NCBI GenBank assembly: GCA_963845755.1
Contig: CAWJTV010000027.1
Coordinates: 128,001-192,000, forward strand
Reading direction: 5' to 3'
Origin: an uncultured Planctomycetota bacterium
GTDB lineage: Bacteria > Planctomycetota > Planctomycetia > Isosphaerales > Isosphaeraceae
DNA: 64,000 nt
Shown here: one piece after another, positions 45,381 to 58,208 of the stretch
Numbering within the stretch: position 1 is the first letter of the stretch
How the letters are laid out: each line of letters begins with the position of its first letter
Made by a program: the position numbers and the translations under genes
Notes under the pieces: generated by a model
What the model was told of the DNA's origin: nothing
The model's database searches: none
Seen by the model: the letters and a program-made list of their open reading frames with translations, nothing else

Positions 45381-47358
45381 TCAGGTGTGATTCGACAACG
45401 CCTCGCTGGACGAAGTCTGCTGTGACGGGGAGACGCGATCTGACTTCAGGGATGGATCGAACGAGCTGTGTGGTTCGGTCGATGGCGATGCGGGCTCGGC
45501 CTCGTCCCGGTGTATCATGAGGATCCTCCGCACTTCGGCGATGACCTCGGGGTCGGCCTCGCAGACGTGGGTCGCCGTGACGATGCGTTCGGAGACGGCG
45601 CCGTCCAGGTGGGCGCTGAGTATATCGGACGAAGCCGTCGGTCATGTTCTCGCGGGGTAATCCGGGGTGGATGGTGGCGATGATCGAGTGATACGCGACG
45701 CCCGGGGCGATCGGTTGTGCGTCGATGGCCGCGAGTATCGGGCTGTCGGCGCGCATGCCGTCGATGCTGCCGAGGGCGCGATCGCGGAAGATGGGTTGGA
45801 ACAGCTCGGGGCCGTTGGCGGCGCGGAGTTCGGCCCAGGCCGGCCGGAGGGGGTTGTTGTGGCGGATCAGGTTGACGCCGAGCCGGACGCCGGGCTGGCG
45901 GGCCAGGTTGCCCCCCCGATGGGCCGTGGTCACGAAGAGGACGCGGCGGATATACGGCTCGGGTTCGATGAGGAGCATCGCGGCCAGCTCGGCGCGGAGC
46001 GCGGGCGAGGCGCGGACCTGTTCAATCGGCCGCGCGAAGATCGAATCCCAGAGGGCTGAGCCGCTGGATTGGACCAGGAGCCGGCTGGCCTGGCCGCCCG
46101 TGCTCTTGCCCACGATGACCATCCGGTCGAGGGCCGGATCGACGCCCAGGGGATCGAACCGCTGGCGGACCTCGCGGAGCGAGCGCCGGATCGAAAGGGC
46201 CGCTGTCGGCAGCGAGTAGCCCGAAGGATAGAGTGCGACCCAGAACTGGTATGTTGCACGGATCGCCGGATCGGCGCGGAGCGCATCGAGAATCGGCACC
46301 CAGACCGTGGGGCTGGACCAGAACCCATGGATGAACACGACCGGCACCTTGCCGGGCTGGTACGGGTCAACCGCGTAGATGCCCGTCCGTTCGTCGTAGA
46401 ACTCGGGATCGAAGACGCCCAGGTATTCGTAGTTCCGGATCGGCCCCTGCGCCAGACGGCTGGCCATCGGGGTGGTCAGGTCCGCGGCCATGGGGTAGAC
46501 ATACCCGCCCCGTTCGATGACCTCGGTGCGGGTTGGATCGAGGAACACCAGATCGACGGGCTGACTGCGCCAGCTCGGCCCCGATTCGCGGGGCCGGAAT
46601 ACGGCCGTCGCGGCGAATATCGCCTGCTCGGGGCCGAACGGCTTCCATTCAGCCAGATCCGCGTCGTGGAGTCCGCGGTGAACGATCACAGGGACGCCCA
46701 GACCATCGCGGTGACCCATCGGCTCCTTGACGGTGGCGAACCGGTCTTCGGCGGGCTCGATCGTCTCGAACCCCATCGCCGTCCACTCGGGGACCGCCGC
46801 GTCGGCGACCGGGACGATCCCGGCCGCGGCCAGCCGATCGGGCCAGCCGCTCCGTCCGGGTGGGTTCGCGGTGCGCGCCAGCCGCAGGCACCGCGCCGCG
46901 GCGCGGTTGTGCACGGTGCAGGCGGCGCGACTCGTCGAATCGGCACCGGGACCGACTCCCGTCGCCGAAAGGCAAAGCGCGGCGTAAACGGCCGCGTCGC
47001 GCGACCACGCCAGCGCGTCGTCCCTTGCCGGGGGGCCCAGCGACCGCCCGACCTCGTCGGCCAGTTCCGCCAGGGCCAGCAGCCGCACAGGATCGGGCCG
47101 GGCGCCGTCGATGCCCGGCTCCAGCGCCGCGAAGGCCGCGGTCGGATCCCGGTGGGCCAGGTCGCCCAGACCGAGGTGTCTCAGCAGGTTCGCTGTGGGT
47201 CCGCTCCAGCACCGACTCGGCGGATGCCAGCGCTCGACGACCGTCCGCAGTCGATGCCCCGGCACCGGGATCACCGCGATCTGATTGCAGCCCGGAACGA
47301 TCGCCCCTAACGCGGTCGTCAGGAGCGCCGGCCAGACCACCCTACCGATCCCATCCAT
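45381..47358 (-). CDS. Alpha/beta-fold hydrolase, probable lipoprotein (frameshift ~45620)
   Basis: VPGC lipobox-like motif, PYQPGKVPVVFIHG, YQFW..YPSG, GKSTGG nucleophile elbow, YHSII and DGFV.Y; SAHLDG..H follows the shift. Confidence 0.85.
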
Positions 47359-47720
47359 GATTTGATCAGGTCGCCTTGGGCTCCGCCGCGGTTCAGGGTG
47401 GACCCCGCCGTATCGAGACTTCCTCCTGATTCGATCGGCCGGAATCCGCTTCGACCTTGATGGTTTTTCGGTCGATGGTGAGTGGATCGGGCGCCCTTCT
47501 TGGGAGCCTGACGTGGCTTGCGCCTGATCCAGGTAGGAATCCGAGAATCGACATTTCCACGTTTTGGAGCCGGCGTTGCCGGCAGGCTGGGGCGGTCGAG
47601 ATCGCTCCGCCAACACGGCTGAAGGTCGCTTGCTCCGGAATGGCATACATAGGGATGGACGGACTGGTATAATACCCCTGAAGTGACGGGCGTGCGACCT
47701 TACCACGGGGGGATCCGACG

Positions 47721-48017
47721 TTGAACGCCGAAGGGGTGATCCGGGTTCTCGATGAGCATCGCGAGGAGCTACGGCGGCTGGGCGTGCGGCGACTAGGCCT
47801 GTTCGGATCGACGGCCCGTAATGAAGCGACCGAGACCAGCGACCTCGACTTCCTGGTCGAACTTCAGCAGAAGTCGTTCGACGCCTACATGGACCTGAAA
47901 TCCCTTCTCGAACAACTCTTCGGCCGCCACGTCGACCTCGTGTCTCCCGAAAATCTCAAGCCTCGTCTTCGCGACCGGATTGCCAAGGACCTTCGGAACT
48001 ATGCCACGGGATTATAA
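47721..48017 (+). CDS. Minimal nucleotidyltransferase (MntA-like antitoxin)
   Basis: GV.RLGLFGSTAR.E....SDLDFLVE...L..LFGRHVDLV. Confidence 0.9.
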   Translation: MNAEGVIRVLDEHREELRRLGVRRLGLFGSTARNEATETSDLDFLVELQQKSFDAYMDLKSLLEQLFGRHVDLVSPENLKPRLRDRIAKDLRNYATGL

Positions 48018-48360
48018 GGTCTCGCTCGACGATGTCCTCGAGGCGGTCGAGCGGATCGAGTCCTATACGGCCGGTATGGACAAGGCGCAATTCCAGGTGG
48101 ACCGCAAGACGATTGACGCCGTGGTCCGCAACCTGGAGATCATCGGTGAGGCGGTTAAGAACGTACCGCCCGATGTTCGCGCTTCGTCTCCCAGCGTCCC
48201 CTGGTCGAAGATTGCCGGGATGCGGGACATTTTCATTCACATGTATTTTAATACCGATACAGATATCGTCTGGGACGTCGTTCAAACGAAACTCGCCGAC
48301 CTCAAAGCGACCGCCGAGACCTTGCTCGCCGAAGACGGCGCGGACGACACTCTGTCATGA
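48001..48360 (+). CDS. DUF86/HepT-like HEPN ribonuclease toxin
   Basis: DAVVRNLEIIGEAVK, PW.KIAGMRDIFIHMYF (Rx4H-Y), D.DIVW; overlaps the MNT gene. Confidence 0.9.
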   Translation: MPRDYKVSLDDVLEAVERIESYTAGMDKAQFQVDRKTIDAVVRNLEIIGEAVKNVPPDVRASSPSVPWSKIAGMRDIFIHMYFNTDTDIVWDVVQTKLADLKATAETLLAEDGADDTLS

Positions 48361-48367
48361 GCGGGAA

Positions 48368-50611
48368 TCATGAATTCGGACCGTCGACAACCCGACGGAG
48401 CCGCTCGCACGTTGCCTTGGCCGTGTTGTAATCGGCCCGATCGACGAAGCCGATGCTGTAGCGGGCCGGGAGTTGCTTGAGGTCGGGGATGTGCTGGACG
48501 AGTTCCTTGTACCCCTTCCGGCCGAAGCCGAAGACGGTCATGTCCTGGAACGATCCGTCCGCCTCTTTACGGAACGGCCAGGAGACGTAGGAATCGACCT
48601 CGCCAGGTTCCGGATCCTGGTGGTTGACGAGGACGAATCCCCTCGGCGTCTCGCGCGCACCGAAGCAGACCCAGGGGACCACCTGCGACCAGGGTTGATC
48701 CAGCGTGGTCTTCTGGCTGTCGGGGCGGATCACGAAGTCCCCCTGGGCGTCGAGCACGCCGCCGGGCGTCCCTTCGTAGAGGAACCAGAAGGTCGGCAGA
48801 TCGATCTTCAGAAGGGTCAGCGTGGCGTGGTCCGGGTAGAAGTCCCACCAGCAGGCCGACTTGCCGTCCCGCGTCTGGGACTCGATGCGGACGTGGCCGG
48901 CGTCCCGCGTCGTGACGCGGCTGGAGAAGGGGTTCTCCGTCGGGTACTGGCCATAGCCGTACCCGCAGTGGAAGAACTTGGCCGGCTGGCCGCACTTGGG
49001 TAGCCCCCGATACTCGCCGCGGGCGTTGCCGCCCGGCCGGTAGGAGACCCAGTCGCGTCCGTCCTTGTCGAGGATGCTCGCGAAGCCCGCCCCCGTTTCC
49101 CGTAGACATAGGTCGCCGTGGGCGTCTCGACCTGGAAACAGTCCATTTCCCGGTGGATGGTCACTTCGGAGACGCGGACGAACGGAGATCTCAGACGAGG
49201 GGCCGATCCCGGGAACCGAGGCCGGCTGCCGGCGCGGGGATCTCGATCACCACGGGATGATCGCTCAACGACAGGGGAACGGCACGGACATGGGTGAGAG
49301 TCTGGATCGGTGAGGTACCGGCCGTGGGATCGTAAAGTTTCACCAAGGCGTGCGTGCTGCCCAGGTTGACGGTGACGCGATCGGAGCCCTTGAGCCGCTC
49401 GCCCCACACGACCAGCTCAAACGTGCCATTGCTCTTCTGGAGAAGCAGGTCGTGCACGGTTTCCGGTTGGTTCGGGATGGAGTAACGGAGGTCGCCCGGC
49501 CTCGCGAGGGAGCCGCGATCCGCCAGGATGCTCGTCAGGTTGTGGAGATACACCGCGGCCTTGCGCCGGGTATAGTCCGGCCGGTAGAAGCCGAATTGCT
49601 GATTGCCCGCCTCATCCACGCGGTCCCTCAGCAAGTAGACGGCGGTGTAGCTCCAGCCCCGCTTGAACTGGTCCAGGTAGAGGCTCAGCAGATTCAAGGC
49701 GTGGATTTCCTCGGTGATGGGCCCGCCGATGGTCGTGCCGGTCTCCGTGGTGACTCTCGGCAAGGAGATCAGCTCGGCCTCCGAATGACCGGGGTAATGA
49801 CGAGCCCAGGTGATGCCGTACTCGCCATGGAGTCCGTCCACCTTGCAGGCGGCGGTGGGCTCCGAAGCCTTCCACGTCTTGTTGTCCTCCAGCCCCGGTA
49901 CATTCGGATGATAGACGTAATTATGAACATTCGCATAGTCGGCGTATTTCGTGCCGGCGGGCATCGTCGTTCCGGCATCCGCGGGGGATGGTCAGGAACT
50001 GCAAGCCGACGTTGTCGGTCTCGGCGCCGCCCTCGGTGATGGACCAGACCGGATAGTTCTTCAACACGGGATCATTCTTGACGGCCTTGTACAGATCGCT
50101 CTGGAGCTTCGCCACCGGCATCCAGGACCGATCCCGGCCGCCGGCCTGACCTTGATAGGTGATGCCCCAATTATTCGGCTCGTTCGGCCCTTCGAAGGCC
50201 AGCAGGGCGCCGGCCGCCGCAACCTGCCTGCCGGTTTCGATGAGCTTGGCAAGGTCCGAGCCGCCGCTTCCCGGGCCCCAACTGAACCGAGCCGCCGGTT
50301 TGCCGATGGAGGTCAATGAAGTTCTTTATGGGAAGGTTGCCTTCGATGCCCGCCCGGAACCAGCGAACGCCGAGGTACTGGGTGCACTTGATCGTGTTCT
50401 GCAAGGTCTCGCCGCGTTGATTGATGCCGGAATTGACGCCGATGCTGTTGAGGAAATCGACGGCCCGCACCGCGGTCGTCGGGCTCGCATCAGCGTTCGG
50501 GCGTACCTTCGCTGGAGGTTGGGCCGACGCGTTACCCCTCGTCATCAGCGCGAGGACAAGGGACAAGACGGCGGACCGCTTTCCGTGGCTCGACAGGGTT
50601 TGCGAGGTCAT
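48368..50611 (-). CDS. Secreted glycoside hydrolase-like protein (clan GH-A-type NE / TE motifs) with an extra C-terminal domain; several frameshifts
   Basis: Pieces in ORFs 50171..50644, 49921..50316, 49191..49964, 48567..49109 and 48368..48757: signal peptide, FLNSIGVN, FEGPNEPNNW, YANVHNY, RVTTETG, FWFLYEGTPGG. May be two genes. Confidence 0.6.
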
Positions 50612-50624
50612 GGTTGGACTCCTT

Positions 50625-50690
50625 GTAGGGTGCTCTGTGAGCACCGTAACGTTCGTGCCGGGAACGACTGGTGCTCACAGAGCACCCTAC
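50625..50690. repeat. GTAG-family REP doublet (REPIN-like hairpin)
   Basis: Perfect 21-bp inverted repeat GTAGGGTGCTCTGTGAGCACC (50625-50645 / 50670-50690), intergenic. Confidence 0.85.
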
Positions 50691-50704
50691 GGGAGGATTG
50701 ACTT

Positions 50705-53066
50705 TTACGACCCGCCTCGCGACCGTTCGGTGCCGATCCTCAGGAGCGAGCCGGTTCCTGGGTGGAAGTTGCCGTCGACGACCCAGGCGTCGCGCAGCAG
50801 GATGTAGAGCGCCCCGTCGGGGCCGAAGTCCAGGTCGAACGGGCCGCATCAGGCCCTCGGCGAACGTCTCCACGGCTTCCGGATGATCGGGGTCGAGGAC
50901 CTTGATCCACCCCTTGACGAAGTCCATGAAGAAGTACCGGCCGCGATACCGGGGCGGGAAGCCGGTCGCGGGCCCGGACGGGCAGAATGCCCCGCCGGTG
51001 ATCGAGGCGACCGGGTAGTGATAAATCGGTGCGCGGAACCGCGCGTCGGTCGTCGGGCCCTCGCTTGCGGGCCATCCGTAGTTGCCGCCGGGGGCTCCTT
51101 CATCGATCTCTTCCCATTTGTCTTGCCCCACGTCGTTGATGAAGATCCGGCCGGTGCCCGCCTGGACGGCGAAGCGGAACGGGTTGCGGAGCCCCAACGC
51201 CCAGATCGCCCGGTACTTGCCGCGGGCCGCCTGGACGAAAGGGTTGTCCGCCGGGATCGATCCATCGGGGTTGATCCGGAGGAGCTTCCCCTGAAAGGTC
51301 GTCAGCCGCTGAGCCGGCGCCCCGGCCGTTTGATCGCCCAGGGCGACGTAGAGCTTGCCATCCCGGCCGAAATGGAGCGCACCGCCCTGGTGTCCGGCGG
51401 GGACATTGCCGCCGAGCTTCGCCTGGTCGTCGCCCTCGAGGAGGACGTGCTCACTGCCGCGAACGGCCACGTCGCCGCAGGCGGTGAAGCGGCTGACGCG
51501 ATGATGGACGTAGGGCCGAGGCGTCACGTAGCAAACGTAGATCTGACCGTTGTGGGCGAAGTCGGGGTCGAGGGTCACGCCGATCAGCCCGCGCTCCCAC
51601 GAACTGTCCACGTCCAATGTCAGCAACGGCTCCCGCAAGAGCGCCCCGTGGTTGATCACCCGGAGTGTCCCGGTCTGCTCGCAGACGAAGATCCGGCCGT
51701 CGGGTGCGACCGCCAGACCGGTCGCGCCGGTGATCCCCGTCGCGATCGTTCCACTGGAGAAGCCGGGCGGCAGGGCGATCGGTCCGGTGACGCCGCTGCC
51801 GGGGGTGCCCATCTTCGCCGCGCGAAGGGTCTGGAGGTAGGCGATCAGGTCGGCGAAGTTCGCGGTTGAACAGCCCCGTGGTCAGCGAGTCGGGCATCAT
51901 CGACGTCGCGATGGCCCGGCGGTCCGTGATCTCGGCCTTGGCCAGGCTGATCCGCCGGCCCTCGGCGTCGACCAGGGTCAGTGAACGATCCGACTCGGCG
52001 CGGACCAGCCCGGAGAGGACCCGACCGTCCGTGGTGGCGAGGACCTCGGGGCGGTATCCTTCGACGATGTGGCGCGAGGGTTCGAGCACCGACTCGATCA
52101 GCAGGGCACGCTCGTACTTGCCGCCGACCTCGGAGAGGTCCGGCCCGATGTCGCCGCCCAGTCCGCGCGCCCGATGGCACCGGGCGCAGCCGGCGCCCTT
52201 GGCTTCGAAGAACAAGGGCGCGACCGCGAGCCGGGTCGCCGGCGTGTTCCCGTACGTACCGGGCGAATGCCGCGCGACCGGAGGCGGTCGATGCAGCCCC
52301 CGGGGCCGCCGGTCCCTTCTCCGCCTTCCCGTCCGCGGTCGCGAGGCCCGCGGCATAGCGGATGCCGCCGAGCAAGTGCTGGCGCAGCGGAGCCCGGCCG
52401 TAACCCTCCTTCGTGTGTCCCAGGGCCGTGCACCAGACACGCCCTCCCTGGGACTCATGGTACCAGCAGACAGGGTGGTCCTTGCCCATCGTCCCGCCGT
52501 GGTATGAGGATTCGTCGATCGTCAACAGGACGTGCGTTCGCGGCCGCGGGTTGGAGTCGAAGTTGTACCACTCGTCGGCCCACTTCCAGGAGTCGGGCAG
52601 GGACCGGGTGGCCGGGTGGTCGCGGACCTCGCGCTTGCAGGTCGCTTCCTGGACCTCCGGATGTCCGGCGAACTTCACGCCGCCGACCAGGGCGACGTAC
52701 CAGGGCCACTTTTCCAGCGTGGTGATCCCCTGGTGCACGGCCGCCAGCCCGCCGCCGCCGCGGATGAAGCCCTGAAACGCCGCCTTCTGCCGCTCGTCGA
52801 GCACCTCGCCGGAGGTGTTGAGGAACACCACGGCGCGGTAGCGGGCCAGGTTCTCCGCGGTGAAGGTGGCGGCGTCTTCGGTGGCGTCCACGACGAAGCC
52901 GCCCTCCGGCTCCCAACTCCCGGACGGCCGCGAGACCGGCCGGGATCGCGTCGTGGCGGAAGCCGGCAGTCCTGGTGAAGGCCAGCACCCGCGGTCGTGC
53001 CGGCACGTTCTCCGGTGGGGCGACGGCCAGCAAGGACGCAAGGGCGATGATCGGCAATCCATTCAT
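50705..53066 (-). CDS. Fusion of ThuA-like domain, cytochrome c and PQQ-dependent glucose/sorbosone dehydrogenase-like domain (several frameshifts)
   Basis: FTRTAGFRHDAI, VVFLNTSG, DEWYNF and TALGH; CARCH..GPDLS..LIESVLEPS..SMMP; ERGLIGV..DPDF, HQGGALHFG.DGKLY, GKLLRINPDGSIP.DNPF, GLRNPFR. Confidence 0.85.
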
Positions 53067-53138
53067 GAGGCAACTCGCTGGAGTGGAAGTCGGGTGTTTG
53101 CATCCAGGGGATCCGGATGGCGACAGACGGGCCCAAGA

Positions 53139-53408
53139 TTAACGCGTCGTCGTCACCGGATGTGACTTCCCCGGATATCCCTTCGACGGTGCCTGGCTCC
53201 CCGGCGACTTCGTCAGGGGCGCCCCGGACACCTGCGACTTCGACTTGTAGATCGCCAGCGACTTTTCCATGGACGACTTCAGCGCGGCGTCTTCCCGCTT
53301 ATCGCCCTTCGCCGTCTCCGAGCACCCGGCGACCGCGAGGAACGCGGCGAGCAGGCCCAGTCGGAGGGCCGTCGAGGCGGGCATTCTGGTCACGTTAAAT
53401 CGCATCAT
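53139..53408 (-). CDS. Small lipoprotein downstream of the DUF1559 gene
   Basis: Signal peptide with AVAGC lipobox. Confidence 0.6.
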   Translation of the reverse strand: MMRFNVTRMPASTALRLGLLAAFLAVAGCSETAKGDKREDAALKSSMEKSLAIYKSKSQVSGAPLTKSPGSQAPSKGYPGKSHPVTTTR

Positions 53409-53473
53409 CTCATCGAGTCTCCTGCAACTGGGGGGCACGGCCCACCGGCCGCGCCCCCGGCCAGGCCTGGACG

Positions 53474-54601
53474 TCAATACTGATCGGCGCTGATGACCTC
53501 GTTGCCGTTGCGGGTGCCGAGGGCCCACCAGGTGAGCCTCGACACGGCGTCCTTGACGAACCGGACGCTGCCGTCGGCCATCAGGATGTTCGCTCCGCCC
53601 GGGTGGTTGCTCGACACCGCGTAGCTGAACGAGCTGTCGATGCCGCAGCCGGCGCAGTTGAACCGGCAGCCTCCTCCCTGGAAGACCGAGTCGTGGTTGG
53701 GCGTCTGGATGATGTTGGTGTAGGTCCAGCCGCCGTTGCCGTCGGACCAACTGAACCCCCGCATCGTCGAATACGACGCGCTGCTCATGTTGGTCCAGGC
53801 CGTGGCGCACGACTGGAGCCCCGCGAGCACCGCGGCCGAGTTGGCCGAGGCATACAAGAATTGGGCCGCCTTCCCGTAGTAGCCCGAGGGGTCGTCCGAC
53901 CCCTGGCCGCCAGTACCAGGGTCGCTGGCGTTCTCGACGACGTCGCCCCGGTAGGCGTCCCCCTGGGCCACATTGAACGCGTTGGCGACATCCCGCCCGG
54001 TCAGCGCCTCGGCGAAGGCGATCGTGTTGGACGTGCCGTCGGTGCAGTCGCGGATGCCGTAGGCCGTGAAGACCGCGAACATGCCCGGCGTGTTGATGGG
54101 GCTCTCATAGGTCGTCGACCCGATGCTCGCGTGGTAGCTGTTATTGCGCTGCGCACCCGCATTGGGGTCGGAGGGACAGAGGAAGCTGCTGATTGTGGCG
54201 TTGTAGATCGTGCTGTTGATGGCAGACCCGCCCATGCTCCCCGCGGCGCCGGGGCCCCAGTTGAAGTTGGCCGCGTTGTACATCGGGGTCTGGTCGAGGT
54301 AACCCAGGAGCAGCGCCTGGGCGCTCCAGCCGGTCCAGCGGCCGTAGCCCCACTGCCCGTCGGTGTCGCCGGGCGAGTAGAGCGGGGCTTTCGAGACGGC
54401 CATCGGGAACCGATCGATGGCCGTATGGTAGTTGTGCAGTGCCAGGCCGATCTGCTTCAGGTTGTTGGTGCATTGGGCGCGCCGCGCCGCCTCGCGGGCC
54501 GCCTGCACGGCCGGCAACAGCAAGGCGATCAGAACTGCAATGATGGCGATGACGACCAGGAGTTCGATCAGGGTGAAACCGCGACGATTCTGCTTGCTCA
54601 T
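53474..54601 (-). CDS. DUF1559 prepilin-type N-terminal cleavage/methylation domain protein
   Basis: [58 protein letters not shown]. Confidence 0.95.
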   Translation of the reverse strand: MSKQNRRGFTLIELLVVIAIIAVLIALLLPAVQAAREAARRAQCTNNLKQIGLALHNYHTAIDRFPMAVSKAPLYSPGDTDGQWGYGRWTGWSAQALLLGYLDQTPMYNAANFNWGPGAAGSMGGSAINSTIYNATISSFLCPSDPNAGAQRNNSYHASIGSTTYESPINTPGMFAVFTAYGIRDCTDGTSNTIAFAEALTGRDVANAFNVAQGDAYRGDVVENASDPGTGGQGSDDPSGYYGKAAQFLYASANSAAVLAGLQSCATAWTNMSSASYSTMRGFSWSDGNGGWTYTNIIQTPNHDSVFQGGGCRFNCAGCGIDSSFSYAVSSNHPGGANILMADGSVRFVKDAVSRLTWWALGTRNGNEVISADQY

Positions 54602-55671
54602 CGGTCTTCTCCTCACCTTTTTTGAATGAGAGCGAACGCTCGAACAGAACGGATTCTGGACCCCGAAGGCCAGGGCTTGCGGCGACCCGGCAAGGTTCAA
54701 CTCTGACCCGATCGGGATGACGCAGTGCGCAGTTTCTCCTCGCCGGTCGATGCCGCCGCGTCGTCCCCAACCCCTCCGGCTGTTCTCGTCACACTCGATC
54801 GAAGCCGTACCCTAACGCGGCCATCGGCCGCAACCCAGGAGGAATTCCCAATGAGAACCGGATCGAGATTCCTGATTCGAGATCTTCCCGGATTCGACGA
54901 TCCGAGGGGGAACATCGTTCCCTTGGGAATCGATCCGGAATCGGTCGAGATCCGGAATCGTCCCGGGAATCTCGATCCTCAGATCGGATCCGTGCGCACG
55001 CCGCAGAGATCGTACGGAGGAAGCCTCTAACATGGCATGAGCGCCATCCTCTGTCGGCCGGGCCCCTCAAGACTCGGCCAGGGGTCGTGAATCGATCCGG
55101 CGGGAAAGCCGCAAGGGTGCACGATCATCGGACGGGCGCGCACAACACCCCTCGAAGGGAGGGACGTCCACCCTCGGATCCGTCGATCAGGCACCGGACT
55201 GCCACTCAGGAAAACGATCGAATGAATGTAGAACTCGGATACCTTTGGATGTCTCGGATCGGGCGCGGGTCGCTTCGGAGGTTCGCGTCCTCCGTCTCAT
55301 CCGTAGCGATCGGCGACCCCGCGATCCGGTCGGCACGAGGCGGGCGTGGTCGGCCCCCGTCATGAAGTTCGGACGAACTTCCGCAGGGTCGATTCCGACA
55401 CCTGTCATACCAGATCTCTGCCTCGCATCGAGGTTACACAATACGCATCATGCCACCTCGTAATCTATGAAACTTTGGGTCTTTCTTTTATAATCTTGGG
55501 TCGTTGAGGAAACGGTCGAGACGGCGGTTGACGCGAGCCGAAATCCAGCGGATTCCCGGCGTGGCTTGCGATGGACCGACGAGACGGCCCCTCTCATTCT
55601 TAACCGATTCGATCGGGCGGTGGGCGGGCCAGATCGGTCGATTCGGTTCCGACTGGCGAGGATCTCGTCGC

Positions 55672-56872
55672 ATGCAGGCGTCCCGGAAGCTACGGCCCAA
55701 GGGCATCCCCCACGTCGCCCTGATCATCGAGACCTCCACGGCCTACGGCCGGGCGATCATTCGGGGAGCGACGAGGTACATTCGCGAGGCGGGGCCCTGG
55801 ACCATTTACATCGAGCAGCGTTCGCTCCAGGACTCGGCCCCGCCGTGGTTGGTCGGTTGGGACGGCGATGGAATCATCTCCCGCGCCTCGACCCCGCGGA
55901 GCGCCCGCGCGGTGCTCCAGACGGGCATCCCGACGGTGGATCTCAACGACCAGGTGAGGGGCCTGGGTCTGCCGCAGATCCACAGCGATCACGAGGCGAT
56001 CGCACGACTGGCGGCCGAGCACCTGCTGGACCGAGGGTTCCGCCATTTCGCTTATTTCGGCTTCCCGGTCTTCGAATGGTCGGTGCGACGTCACGACGCG
56101 TTCGCCGCGTGCGTTCGCGCCGGCGGGCGGCCACTTCCATGAGAACGAGTGCACCCCGAGGGTGTCGTGGGGCCACCAGCAATCCTCCTGGGAGGGCGAA
56201 GTCGATGGGGCTGCCCTCTGGATCAAGACGCTGCCCAAGCCCCTGGGCGTCATGACGGGCAACGATCCGCGCGGTATTCAACTGCTCGACGCCTGCCGCC
56301 GGGCCGGGGTGGCCGTCCCCGAGGAAGTCGCGGTCGTCGGCGTGGACAACGACGAGCTGGTCTGCGAGCTGGCCTATCCCCCGCTCTCGAGCGTCGTTCC
56401 CGATGCGGCGCGCATCGGCTACGAGGCGGCGGCCCTGCTCGACCGGCTCATGAAAGGCGAGACCGCCCCCGCCGCGATGCAGACCATCCCCCCGGAGGGC
56501 CTGGCCATCCGCCAGTCCTCGGACGTGACCGCCATCGCCGATCCCCGGCTCGCCGACGCCTTGCGCTTCATCCGCGAGCGCACCTGCGACGGCATCGGCG
56601 TCGACGACGTACTCGACCATCTGGCCGTCTCGCGCAGCGTGCTCCAGCGGCTGTTCCGCAAGCACTGCGATCGGACCATCCTCGACACCATCACCGGCGT
56701 GCGCATCACGCACGTCAAGCAACTCCTGACCGAGACCGATATGCCGCTGGCCGACATCGCCCGGCGAGCCGGCTTCTCCTACATGGAGTATCTCAGCAGC
56801 ACCTTCCGGCGCCAGACCGGCTGGACCTTGAGCGCATTCCGACGGGAGTTTGCCAGACAGCACGGATCCTGA
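55672..56872 (+). CDS. XylR-type regulator (LacI-like sensing domain plus AraC HTH), frameshift ~56130
   Basis: VALIIETS.AYGR.I..G, DGII, AAEHLLDRGFRHFAY, LPKPLG, VPEEVAVVGVDND, RQSSD and LLTETD..LADIA..AGF. Confidence 0.9.
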
Positions 56873-56951
56873 CGGGAGTCCCGGCCGCCGTGGCAATCTC
56901 ATCGCCTTGACCGGATTCCTTCGAACCGCCTTGTATCGAGATTCCCAAGCC

Positions 56952-58171
56952 ATGATCACGATCCGGAGAAGCGTCCTTTATTCCGCGATGGTCGCTCTGT
57001 TCGCCGCCGAGGGTCGGACGGAGGCGGCCGACCGGCCCGTCTGGACCCATCTCTCCAGCAAGACCGGTGCGCGTGCCGGGCACCCGGCACATCGATCCAG
57101 CAGACCGCCTGCCTGGTGCTCGATGTCGACAAGGACGGGCTCAATGACATCGTGGTCGGCAGCCGGGTCGAGGGGGCGCGTCTGGCCTGGTATCGTCGGG
57201 AGAAGGACGGCTGGACGATCCATCCCATCGATCGCGGACTCAATATCGAGGCCGGGGGAGCCGCCGCCGACCTCGACGGCGATGGTGACCTGGACCTCAT
57301 CTTCGGCGAGGATTACTCCGGGCACCAAACTCTACTGGTGGGAGAACCCCTGGCCACACTACGAATCCAGGACATCGTGGACGCGGCGCGAGATCGAATC
57401 CTCGGGCGATCGCATGCACCACGATCAGATCCTCGGTGACTTCAATGGCGATGGCCGGGATGATCTGGCCTTCTGGGTCCAGCATGCGGAGGTCCTCCGG
57501 CTGGCCGAACTCCCGCGCAACCCCGCCGGAGCGGACCCTGGCCGGCGACCGCGATCGCGCGGGTCGGCCAGGCCGAGGGGTTGGCGAAGGGCGACGTCAA
57601 CGGTGACGGCAAGGTCAACCTGATCGGCGGCGGCTACTGGTTCCGGCATGAGGGCGGCTCCGATTACCGGCCCATGCTCATTGACGGGGGATCCAAGCTC
57701 ACCCGGTCGGCGGCCGGACAACTGATCACGGGAGGTCCTCCCGAGGTCGTCTTCGCCGCCGGGGATGTGCTCGGTCGCCTGAAGTGGTTCGAACGCCGCG
57801 GCGAGACCTGGATCGCCCATGATCTGCTGGGCGAAGATGTCGTCCACGGTCACAGCCTCCAACTGGCCGATATCGATAAGGACGGCCATCTCGACATCTT
57901 CTGCGCCGAGATGGCCAAGTGGACCGACGCAGCCACGAAACCCGACCATCCGAATCCGCGGATGTGGATCTTCTACGGTGATGGCCGGGGCGGATTCGAC
58001 AAGACCATACTGGCCACGGGGATCGAGAATCATGAGTCGCGCGTCGCCGACCTGGACGGAGACGGCGACCTGGACATCGTGGGCAAACCCTACAGCTTCG
58101 ACACGCCCCGGCTCGACATCTGGCTCAACCGAGGGACGGGCTCGGAGCCGAAAGTGACGACGGAACGGTGA
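56952..58171 (+). CDS. Secreted FG-GAP/VCBS repeat protein (frameshifts ~57085, ~57325, ~57540)
   Basis: Repeats DVDKDGLNDIV, ADLDGDGDLDL, GDFNGDGRDDL, GDVNGDGK, ADIDKDGHLDI and ADLDGDGDLDIV spread over three frames. Confidence 0.85.
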
Positions 58172-58208
58172 GACGCCAGCCTGGTGTTTGCGGGGTAAAT
58201 CGGTATGA

